Shown here in pieces: positions 1 to 8,378 of a stretch of 64,000 bases of DNA; the first letter of the stretch is position 1, and the number at the start of each line of letters is the position of its first letter. The DNA lies in assembly GCA_965204745.1 (NCBI GenBank), contig OZ242010.1, positions 4,032,001 to 4,096,000 of the forward strand, written 5' to 3'. Origin of the DNA: Candidatus Latescibacterota bacterium. GTDB lineage: Bacteria; Latescibacterota; UBA2968. The position numbers and the translations under genes are program-made. The notes under the pieces are model-generated. The model was not told the origin of the DNA. It was given only the letters and a program-made list of their open reading frames with translations, and ran no database searches.

Positions 1-76
1 GGTCATGCTCCAATTCACCGGCGGCTTGTTCGCCGACGAAATCTCGCCGAACTAAAACGCATCGTCACAAAAGACA

Positions 77-109
77 AAAGAACCCGTGAGTTTTGCTCGC
101 GGGTTCTTT
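77..109. terminator. Hairpin, likely intrinsic terminator
   Basis: aaagaacccgtgag-ttttg-ctcgcgggttcttt inverted repeat after a probable upstream partial CDS ending near 55. Confidence 0.5.
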
Positions 110-129
110 GCGTACAAAAGGAGTCTTAC

Positions 130-1104
130 ATGAGCGACATTCGCATCGGCATCATCGGCTCTGGCGGCATGGCCCGTCACCACGCCCATGGCTTTTCCCA
201 AACAGAGGGCTGTGAACTCGTCGCCATCGCCGCGCGAAATCCCGAGACCGGCCCCGCACTCGCCCACGCACACGGCGTGGATTTTTTCCCGACTTATCGG
301 GAGATGCTCAACCGCGACGACATTGACGCCATCGCGATTTGCACGCACAATAACACGCATGGCGAAATCGCCATCGCCGCGCTCAATGCCGACAAACACG
401 TCTTGACCGAATACCCCGCGACGCGCACTATCGCCCACGCCCGGCAATTGCTCGCCCAAATCCACGCCTCGTCCCGCGTGTTTCGCGTTGCCCACAACGA
501 AGTGCTCTCGCCTGCTCACCGCGCGCTCAAGCGACAAATCGCGCAAACCGGGCATCTCGTAATCGCGCTGTTCACCCGCCTCACCCCGAGCCGCGGCAAG
601 CGTCCCGAAATCCTATTCAACCTCCGCATCTCGGGGCCGCCCGCGCTCTTTTTCGTGTATCACCTCTACCCCATCGTCGATTGCTTTGGCCCTGCCGCTT
701 GGGTCGAAGCCGCGGCCCACTACGAAAATCTGCGCGACAACGGCGCGTACGACAGCTTTGCAAATGCCGTCACGGTCGGTTTTGAAAACGGCGGCATTGG
801 GCAATGGAACTGGGCCGGCGGTGTCGAAATTGCCCATGCCGAAGAACATCGCCGCATCGCCATGACGCGGGGCACGCTCATCTATAATGGCACTAGCTGG
901 CGTTTATCGACAAAATCAGGGGAAAGCGATCTCTTATCAGCCAAACCATCAGACCGCACGATCCACACCCAATTCCGAGACGACATCCGCAATGGCAACC
1001 ACCAATCCGACGCGCGCACGGCCATCAACGCCGCGCTGATCGGCCTCGCCGCAGAGCGATCCACAAAAGAAAACCGCCGCATCGCGCTCTCGGAACTTTT
1101 GTGA
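130..1104 (+). CDS. Gfo/Idh/MocA family oxidoreductase
   Basis: N-terminal Rossmann RIGIIGSGGMA, DIDAIAICT, KHVLTEYP. Confidence 0.85.
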   Translation: MSDIRIGIIGSGGMARHHAHGFSQTEGCELVAIAARNPETGPALAHAHGVDFFPTYREMLNRDDIDAIAICTHNNTHGEIAIAALNADKHVLTEYPATRTIAHARQLLAQIHASSRVFRVAHNEVLSPAHRALKRQIAQTGHLVIALFTRLTPSRGKRPEILFNLRISGPPALFFVYHLYPIVDCFGPAAWVEAAAHYENLRDNGAYDSFANAVTVGFENGGIGQWNWAGGVEIAHAEEHRRIAMTRGTLIYNGTSWRLSTKSGESDLLSAKPSDRTIHTQFRDDIRNGNHQSDARTAINAALIGLAAERSTKENRRIALSELL

Positions 1105-1116
1105 ATCCAACGACAA

Positions 1117-1145
1117 TTGACAGGTTGAATTGCTTCGGGTATTAT
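1117..1145 (+). promoter_or_regulatory. sigma70-like promoter of MNT-HEPN pair
   Basis: TTGACA-17 nt-TATTAT. Confidence 0.6.
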
Positions 1146-1183
1146 TGAGGTCAAAGTATCGCCATCATCAAAGCGGAGGCCGC

Positions 1184-1486
1184 ATGACAATGACACTCGA
1201 AAAAATCAAACTGATCGCCCATCCTGCTTGTCGGGAATTTGGGGTGAAGAGATTGGATCTTTTTGGTTCTTTGAGCCGAGGCACAGCAACCGCCGATAGC
1301 GATGTGGATTTAATCGTGGAATTTGAAAACCCGGATATCCATCCTTCAAAAAGATTTTTCGGGCTTCTTCATCGCCTTGAAGATGAATTGCAATGCAAAG
1401 TCGATCTCCTGACGATCCCCGGACTCAAGAACCCATACTTTCGCCGCAGCATCCTCAAAGAAAGGATCAACATCTATGGAAAATAA
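1184..1486 (+). CDS. Minimal nucleotidyltransferase (MNT) antitoxin
   Basis: LFGSLSRGTATADSDVDL motif; GGAGG RBS before ATG 1184; overlaps the HEPN gene. Confidence 0.85.
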   Translation: MTMTLEKIKLIAHPACREFGVKRLDLFGSLSRGTATADSDVDLIVEFENPDIHPSKRFFGLLHRLEDELQCKVDLLTIPGLKNPYFRRSILKERINIYGK

Positions 1487-1727
1487 AATACTCAAATACC
1501 TGTCCGATATCAGAGATGCGGTCTCTGCAATTCTCAAATTTGTCGAAGGCAAAACCTATGAGGACTACCGAGAAGACGACCTGCTGATAAGCGGCGTCGA
1601 GCGGAAATTTGAAATTATCGGCGAGGCTTTGAACAGAATCAAGCGAAGTAGCCCTCAAGTACTGGATAAAATACACGATCACCGCAGTATCATCTCATTC
1701 AGAAATATCAATGAGCGAAGCGAATAA
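1476..1727 (+). pseudogene. DUF86/HepT-like HEPN toxin, C-terminally truncated
   Basis: YLSDI...VERKFEIIGEA...IISFRNI, then stop after 83 aa; the His of the Rx4-6H motif is missing. Confidence 0.75.
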
Positions 1728-1754
1728 CGGGGGCCGGGGGGATAGGGCTATGGC

Positions 1755-1808
1755 GGCGGGGCGGTGAGGGGACTGACTACTGACTACTGACTACTGACTA
1801 CTGACTAC
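1755..1808 (+). repeat. GC-rich head plus (ACTGACT)n heptamer tandem repeat
   Basis: ggcggggcggtgagggg followed by ~5 copies of actgact. Confidence 0.8.
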
Positions 1809-4241
1809 TTAAACCACGATGTTGATCAACCGATTGGGAACGACGATGACCTTCTTCGGCGCATTCCCGCTTGTATGAGCGCGAACATTGGGTTGATCCA
1901 ACGCCAGCCGCTCGATATCCTCCTGTGCAACATCGACCTCGACAGCGATGCGAGCGCGAACTTTGCCATTGACCTGAATCGGCATCTCAATCGTCGCCGG
2001 GCGTGCGGTTGCCTCATCCCATTGCGGCCATGCCTGGTCGTGAACGCTGTAGTCGCCTCCGATGCGCGCCCACAGTTCTTCGGACAGGTGCGGCGTAATC
2101 GGGGCCAAGAGCAAGACCAGGGCCTCAATCGCTTCTCGCCACGCATCCGTATGCCCAACCGGCGTGTTCTTGGCCGCGGACAACCCATTGCCAAACGTCA
2201 TCAGCGCGGCCAGCGCGGTATTAAACGCAAAGGACTCGAAATCTTCGGACACCTTGCGGATGGTCTGATGCGTCAACCGGCGCAACTCAGCCTCGGCCTT
2301 CTGCGAGGATTTGCCCCTTGCCGGGGGGGCATCGTCAACGACGATGCGCCACACCCGGTTCAAAAACCGCGGCATGCCCTCCATGCCGGACGAACTCCAC
2401 GGCCCGCCTTGCTCCCACCGGCTCAAAAACATCATATACGCCCGGATGCAATCCGTTCCATACTTTTCGATCAAATCGTCGGGATTGATGACATTCCCGC
2501 GCGACTTGCTCATTTTTTCGTGGTCTTCACTCAGCACAACGCCCTGATTGAACAAGCGCGTCATTGGCTCGTCGTCACTGACGAGATCCATATCGCGCAG
2601 GGCTTTGGTGAAAAAGCGCGTGTAGAGCAAATGCATGGTCGCGTGTTCGATCCCGCCCGTGTATTGATCCACGGGCAACCAATAGTCTGCCTCGTGCGGG
2701 GCAAAGGGCCCGGCGTCGTACTGCGGGCTTAAATAGCGATATTGATACCATGACGAACACATAAACGTATCCATCGTATCCGTTTCGCGTTGCGCCTGTG
2801 AACCACATCTCGGGCAGGTCGCGTGCAAAAAACCCTCGTGGTGCTTGAGAGGGGATTCGCCCGTGGGCAAAAACTCCGCGTCATCGGGCAACAGCACGGG
2901 CAAATCGCGCAGGGGCACGGGCACAGTGCCGCAGGCATCGCAATAAATAATCGGAATCGGACAACCCCAATACCGCTGTCGGGAAATCAACCAATCGTGC
3001 AGGCGATAATTGACCGTGCGCTCGCCAATCCCCCGCGCTTCCAAATCATCGGCCACACGCGCCATGCCCTCGGACGAAGACGATCCCGTAAAACCCCCGG
3101 AGTTCACCATGCGCCCGGCACCGGTGTACGGCAGGTCATAGACATCCCTATCGCCTGGCGCGATCACGACCGGAACCGGCAACGCGTACTTTTTCGCAAA
3201 ATCAAAATCCCGATCATCGTGCGCGGGCACGCCCATAATGGCACCCGTGCCGTATTGCGGCAACACGTAATCCGCGACGTAAATCGGCACTTCCGCGCCG
3301 TTCATCGGGTTGATCGCATAAGCCCCGGTGAAAACCCCGTCCCTATCCCGGTCCAAAGAGAGCCGATCTTTTTCCGTCTGCCGATCCGCCGCGGCGCAAT
3401 ACGCTTTCACAACTGCGCGCTGATCGGGCGACGTGATCGCATCGACCAACCGGTGTTCCGGGGCCAAAACCGCGAAGGACACCCCGAAAATCGTATCGGC
3501 GCGGGTGGTGAACACGCGGAATGACGCCGATGAATTTTTGACGCGCATTTCAAATTCAACGCCCTCGCTGCGGCCAATCCAATTCTCTTGCATGGCATGC
3601 ACCCGGTCGGGCCAGGCGACTTTAGAAAAATCGAGCAATTCCTCGGCGTATTGGGTAATTCGAAACAGCCACTGGTCGAGGTTCTTCTTGATCACGGGCG
3701 TATTGCACCGCTCGCAATGCCTGTCCTCTCCCCAAACCTGTTCGCGGGCCAGGGTCGTATTGCACTTTGGGCACCAGTCCACCGGGGATTTTTTTCGATA
3801 CGCCAGCCCATTGGCGTAAAATTTGAGGAACAACCACTGCGTCCACTTGTAGTAGTCGGGCAAACAAGTGATGATCTCGCGTTCCCAGTCGAACATCGCG
3901 CCCATCGTCTTCAGTTGCCCGCGCATGTGTTCCACGTTGTCCATCGTCCATTTGGCCGGGTGAATCCCGCGTTGGATGGCGGCGTTTTCAGCGGGCAGGC
4001 CAAACGCATCAAACCCGATGGGAAACAACACGTTGTACCCCTTCATCCGCATGTACCGCGCGCGCACATCCGGCGGCACCAGGGCGTACCAATGCCCAAT
4101 GTGCAGATCGCCCGAGGTGTAGGGCAACATCGCCAGCGCGTAGTGCTTGGGCCGTTTGGGGTCAATTTCGCAGCGGTACAGCGCGGAATCCTTCCAGCGT
4201 TGCCGCCATTTTTTTTCAATTTCAGCAAACTCGTAAGCCAT
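1809..4241 (-). CDS. leuS: Leucine--tRNA ligase
   Basis: MLPYTSGDLHIGH, GTGAIMGVPAHD, KMSKS; GAGGAG RBS before ATG 4241. Confidence 0.97.
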   Translation of the reverse strand: MAYEFAEIEKKWRQRWKDSALYRCEIDPKRPKHYALAMLPYTSGDLHIGHWYALVPPDVRARYMRMKGYNVLFPIGFDAFGLPAENAAIQRGIHPAKWTMDNVEHMRGQLKTMGAMFDWEREIITCLPDYYKWTQWLFLKFYANGLAYRKKSPVDWCPKCNTTLAREQVWGEDRHCERCNTPVIKKNLDQWLFRITQYAEELLDFSKVAWPDRVHAMQENWIGRSEGVEFEMRVKNSSASFRVFTTRADTIFGVSFAVLAPEHRLVDAITSPDQRAVVKAYCAAADRQTEKDRLSLDRDRDGVFTGAYAINPMNGAEVPIYVADYVLPQYGTGAIMGVPAHDDRDFDFAKKYALPVPVVIAPGDRDVYDLPYTGAGRMVNSGGFTGSSSSEGMARVADDLEARGIGERTVNYRLHDWLISRQRYWGCPIPIIYCDACGTVPVPLRDLPVLLPDDAEFLPTGESPLKHHEGFLHATCPRCGSQAQRETDTMDTFMCSSWYQYRYLSPQYDAGPFAPHEADYWLPVDQYTGGIEHATMHLLYTRFFTKALRDMDLVSDDEPMTRLFNQGVVLSEDHEKMSKSRGNVINPDDLIEKYGTDCIRAYMMFLSRWEQGGPWSSSGMEGMPRFLNRVWRIVVDDAPPARGKSSQKAEAELRRLTHQTIRKVSEDFESFAFNTALAALMTFGNGLSAAKNTPVGHTDAWREAIEALVLLLAPITPHLSEELWARIGGDYSVHDQAWPQWDEATARPATIEMPIQVNGKVRARIAVEVDVAQEDIERLALDQPNVRAHTSGNAPKKVIVVPNRLINIVV

Positions 4242-4254
4242 TAAAAACAACTCC

Positions 4255-5550
4255 TCAAGGATATAATCGTTGCAACAGTCGGGGAAATGGAATGGTCTCG
4301 CGGACGTGGGGCAACCCACAAACCCACGCGACCGTGCGCTCAATACCCAATCCAAAGCCAGCGTGCGGCACCGACCCGTAGCGTCTCAAATCGAGATACC
4401 ACTGAAGCGGCGCCTCGTCGAGACCGTGTTGGGCGATCTTCCGCCGCAAGACCTCCAAATCGTCCTCGCGCTGCCCTCCGCCGACGATTTCGCCATATCC
4501 TTCTGGGGCCAACACATCCATGCACAATGCCAGATCGGGATTTTCCGCATCTCCCTTCATGTAAAACGCCTTACAAGCCGCTGGATACCGATGCACGATC
4601 ACGGGCCTATCGTGGGCATTGCCCAGCACGGTTTCGTCCTCCGCGCCAAAATCATCGCCCCAGGTGTGATCGCACCCCGCGGTTTTCAGCATGGCATGGG
4701 CATCCGAATACGAGATTCTCGGAAACGGCTTTTGCACCCGCTCTAAGGCCGCGGTGTCGCGTTGCAAATACTCAAGTGCGGATCGACACGTTTCGAGCAC
4801 CTGTTGCACCACGTAGCAAATAAAATCCTCGGCCAAATCCATATCGCCCGCCAAGTCCATATAGGCCACTTCTGGCTCGACCATCCAAAACTCGGTCAGA
4901 TGCCGCCGGGTCTTGGATTTTTCCGCCCGAAACGTCGGTCCAAAACAGTACACCTTGCCAAATGCCATAGCCGCGGCTTCCATGTACAACTGCCCGCTCT
5001 GCGTCAAATACGCCTGCTCGTCAAAATACGCGGTCTCGAACAACGTGCTGCTGCCCTCGCAAGACGACGGCGTAAAAATGGGCGCGTCAATCAGCACAAA
5101 GCCATTGTTGTCGTAATACGCGCGGCAGGCTTTGACGATCTCGGAACGCACGCGCAAAATCGCGTGTTGCCGCGACGAGCGTAGCCACAAATGCCGGTGG
5201 TCCATCAAAAATGCCGTGCCGTGCGCTTTGGGGGTGATGGGATAATCCACTGTCCGATGCACGACTTCGAGGTCGCGCACCCCAATTTCAAACCCAATCG
5301 GGGACCGCGCATCGGCCCGAACCTCGCCCACCACGCGCAACGCGGATTCCTGTCCGATGTCCGCGGCCCGTTCAAACACCTCGGCCGACACATCGCCCAT
5401 GAAGACCACGCATTGCACTGTGCTGGCCCCGTCTCTGACTTGCAGAAAGTGCAATTTCCCACTGGAACGCTTGTTGTACAGCCAGCCCTCTATCGCGACT
5501 TCCCGACCTTCATAAGCGCGGATGTCGTTTATTCTGATGGTGTCTGGCAT
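4255..5550 (-). CDS. asnS: Asparagine--tRNA ligase
   Basis: OB-fold N-terminus, [36 protein letters not shown]. Confidence 0.95.
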   Translation of the reverse strand: MPDTIRINDIRAYEGREVAIEGWLYNKRSSGKLHFLQVRDGASTVQCVVFMGDVSAEVFERAADIGQESALRVVGEVRADARSPIGFEIGVRDLEVVHRTVDYPITPKAHGTAFLMDHRHLWLRSSRQHAILRVRSEIVKACRAYYDNNGFVLIDAPIFTPSSCEGSSTLFETAYFDEQAYLTQSGQLYMEAAAMAFGKVYCFGPTFRAEKSKTRRHLTEFWMVEPEVAYMDLAGDMDLAEDFICYVVQQVLETCRSALEYLQRDTAALERVQKPFPRISYSDAHAMLKTAGCDHTWGDDFGAEDETVLGNAHDRPVIVHRYPAACKAFYMKGDAENPDLALCMDVLAPEGYGEIVGGGQREDDLEVLRRKIAQHGLDEAPLQWYLDLRRYGSVPHAGFGLGIERTVAWVCGLPHVRETIPFPRLLQRLYP

Positions 5551-6706
5551 CGTTCCTCCTAGCTACAAATGCGGAAAAGTCCCGTGCAACGCGGATGTGC
5601 TGTGGCGTCAAAGTCGGAAAATCGACCAAAAGCTCGGCCTCTGTCATTCCCCCATCTAAGTACTCCAATACGTCATAGACGGTTATTCGGGTGCCTTTGA
5701 AGCAGATCTTGCCGCCGCGAACACCAGGTCGGGGATCGAGGTAGTCTTCAAAGCGCATTTTGTTGCGATACCTCGCGGCCTTCTCCTTTGAATGCTTTTG
5801 GTCTCCCATCCGTGCGATATCCCGGTGTCCATACTCGCGTATCCTCCGGGCAAAACCCGCGGCTTCCGCAAGGTCGATCCACTTCTTTTCATGGGTGACT
5901 ACGACGTGGTCATCATCGGTTGAGTAGAGAAAGAAATCTATGTCCCCACTGTCGTTCTTATCGGGCAATAGGCCCTCTGTCATGAGGCGGAGCAAGTAGT
6001 GCTTGTACATCTGGGTGAAGCACGCCACCTTGGGAATAGCGGCGGCGAGTTCCTTCGCCCTCTGCTTGGAGACTGCGCGGAGATCGTCTTTGTCCGCTTT
6101 GGCGAAGGCACGCATTTGGCAAGCGGATATAACTCGGGTAGATAACTCTTCCGACTTCATCCCGTTGAGAAATTTCGCCTTCTCATCGCCTCGCAACTTA
6201 GGCACAGATGAAGACCGTTTTTTTGGATCCTTGGCATACCATTTTTGAAACCCGGGAATGATCTCTTTCATCAGCGAGATGAGATCATCCACCCATTTTT
6301 GCTCGACCTTCTCGCGCCCTGTCATCGCACGCGATACATTCAAGTTCCGCCAAACGCGATGTTCGTAGTCCGGTACGCCGCTTTGAGCCTCCTCGAGATT
6401 CTCGGCTTTCGCCAAGGCGCGAACAGCGTCAGCAAAAGAGGGCGCAGGCTCTGCCAATTTGTAGCCAAATACCATCGTCAGATGCGATTCGGGGTCTGGA
6501 AGCTCCTCTATCCCGTGCTCGAGAATGGCATTAGCCGCGGCCTTGCGGTCTTCAAACGACCTCTCATTGAGTTTGGATACCAACTCGAGGACCGAGATGG
6601 GCGAGTAAAAAAGCCGCTCTCCGGGTTGCCGGATGTCCTCAATGCTGACGTGATTCAATCCTATGTCGTAGAGCACATGCGTCTCGAGGATTACTTTTTT
6701 CGCCAT
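5510..6706 (-). CDS. PIN-like domain protein fused in frame to C-terminal DUF433
   Basis: VILETHVL / SPISVLEL / NDSGD...VVTHEK resemble PIN motifs; [21 protein letters not shown]...DFPTLT is DUF433-like; overlaps asnS start by 41 bp. Confidence 0.6.
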   Translation of the reverse strand: MAKKVILETHVLYDIGLNHVSIEDIRQPGERLFYSPISVLELVSKLNERSFEDRKAAANAILEHGIEELPDPESHLTMVFGYKLAEPAPSFADAVRALAKAENLEEAQSGVPDYEHRVWRNLNVSRAMTGREKVEQKWVDDLISLMKEIIPGFQKWYAKDPKKRSSSVPKLRGDEKAKFLNGMKSEELSTRVISACQMRAFAKADKDDLRAVSKQRAKELAAAIPKVACFTQMYKHYLLRLMTEGLLPDKNDSGDIDFFLYSTDDDHVVVTHEKKWIDLAEAAGFARRIREYGHRDIARMGDQKHSKEKAARYRNKMRFEDYLDPRPGVRGGKICFKGTRITVYDVLEYLDGGMTEAELLVDFPTLTPQHIRVARDFSAFVARRNDARHHQNKRHPRL

Positions 6707-6776
6707 GTCATGCTCCTATTTGTTCAATGCCTTGGAGAGAGAACGCGGTAATTTGCAATGATCGCGGGGGCATGGC

Positions 6777-7334
6777 TTATGGGTTCTCCAGTGCCGCCAT
6801 AAACTCTGCGCCGCTGGTGCATTGGCCTTTGGTGCGCGGAGCGAGTAGCCCGTCGTTGACCATGATGAGCCAGCGCAACTCTTGGAACGACGCGATGAGT
6901 ACTTCAAACAACTCGTCCAAGCGTTTCAAGGCGACGAAGACCTCGGCCCCGTGTGCCTGATCCCCTCCGGTCCGTTGCAAGGCGTTTCGGATCTCGCGCA
7001 ATTCTGCCCGTTCCCCGCGGAAGTATGCCTCGCCTTTCTCCAACGCAGGCACCGCGCTATCGTTTGGATCTATTTCTCGACCCGGCTGAAAATCCTCGAC
7101 CTCTTTCTGGAGATCCTGAAAGTTAGAACTGACCGCGACTATCGCGTCATGCCGTTTGCAAAAGCTGTCGGTCAATTCCCTTATGGCCTGTTTCGTGGGA
7201 TTCACACGCGGCTTTGCGGACCAGTCCCGGTTCAGCACTTCCGGCTGTTCCGTAGGTCGTGCCCGCCGGATTAAGGCCCCAGCGACATTGCGGACTGTTT
7301 CGCCGCTAAATTCAGCCATCGGTTGCGCGATCAT
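6777..7334 (-). CDS. Hypothetical helical protein
   Basis: Open frame filling the gap between Uma2 and PIN genes; AAGGGG upstream of ATG 7334. Confidence 0.55.
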   Translation of the reverse strand: MIAQPMAEFSGETVRNVAGALIRRARPTEQPEVLNRDWSAKPRVNPTKQAIRELTDSFCKRHDAIVAVSSNFQDLQKEVEDFQPGREIDPNDSAVPALEKGEAYFRGERAELREIRNALQRTGGDQAHGAEVFVALKRLDELFEVLIASFQELRWLIMVNDGLLAPRTKGQCTSGAEFMAALENP

Positions 7335-7383
7335 GTCAAGCCCCTTTCGGCGGTTGGGCGCGTCGATTTCAACTCGCGGTGAT

Positions 7384-7989
7384 CTATTGCCAGAGTTTTT
7401 CCACCCGACATTCAAATTTGGGCAATAGGGGATCGCCCGAAATGGTTTTGGGATCGGACAGACAAATGACCGCTTCATCTGGACGAGAAATATAAACATT
7501 TCTCTCTTTGGGATCGATGAGCCAGCCGAGTTGTGTACCATTGGCGATGTATTCCCGCATCTTGTTTTGTACGGTCTCAAGGCGATCCGTTCGGGAAAGC
7601 AATTCGACGACAAAATCGGGACAAATGGGGGCGAACTCCTCCTGTTCTTCTGCTGAGAGCGCGTCCCATCGCTCTTTGCGAATCCAAGCCAAATCAGGTG
7701 CGCGCACCGCGCCATTTGGAAGGGTGAATCCCGCAGATGAATCAAAGCCCAAACCCGTTTCATCAGATTGTAGCCAAGCATAAAATTGTCCGATGAGCGT
7801 AAAGTTGCGATGTCCAGATTTGCTCCCCGTTGGCGGCATAATGATCAGATCTCCTTCGCTGGTGAGTTCCATTCTCAAATCGGGATTGGCTCGGCAGAAT
7901 TGAAAAAACTCATGTCTGTTCATGCGTAATGCCGCCCCAAAATGAAGCGTCAGAGCATTCTGTCTCGGTTGCAATGCAACGGCGGTCAT
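7384..7989 (-). CDS. Uma2 (DUF820) family endonuclease
   Basis: MELTSEGDLIIMPP, FDSSAGFTLPNGAVRAPD, PDFVVELLS, LGWLIDP; GGAGG RBS. Confidence 0.92.
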   Translation of the reverse strand: MTAVALQPRQNALTLHFGAALRMNRHEFFQFCRANPDLRMELTSEGDLIIMPPTGSKSGHRNFTLIGQFYAWLQSDETGLGFDSSAGFTLPNGAVRAPDLAWIRKERWDALSAEEQEEFAPICPDFVVELLSRTDRLETVQNKMREYIANGTQLGWLIDPKERNVYISRPDEAVICLSDPKTISGDPLLPKFECRVEKLWQ

Positions 7990-8008
7990 GGAAAACCCTC
8001 CGATTGAT

Positions 8009-8335
8009 TTACGCAGGAATAGCTTCGCAATGGCTGATAAATTCGTCAATTTTGGGAATCAGATAGTCAAATTCCGTCGATTGAAACGCGACGCGCTCCT
8101 TCACCTTCTCGGCACCTACAATTCGCGCCAAGCCCCCAAATGCCTCCTCGAGGAACGAAGAAGGATATCCTTCCGCGCCATCCAGGTCAATGAGGACTTT
8201 GCCATTATCAGATCCATCTTCAAACAATGGCATGAGCATATCCTCTCTAAATTTTTCACCAGAAAAAGGGCCATCCGAGCAAAACCTCGCCCCCGGCGTA
8301 TCGGAAAAATCAGTTGCAATTTTGATGGTCGTCAT
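8009..8335 (-). CDS. STAS-like domain protein (DUF4325-like)
   Basis: DFSDTPGAR...SGEKFR, IDLDG..GYPSSFLEEAFGGL; GGAGG RBS. Confidence 0.75.
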   Translation of the reverse strand: MTTIKIATDFSDTPGARFCSDGPFSGEKFREDMLMPLFEDGSDNGKVLIDLDGAEGYPSSFLEEAFGGLARIVGAEKVKERVAFQSTEFDYLIPKIDEFISHCEAIPA

Positions 8336-8378
8336 GGTCGCCTCCGAGGCAAATGATAGGTGTTCGCCCTTTCTCAAA

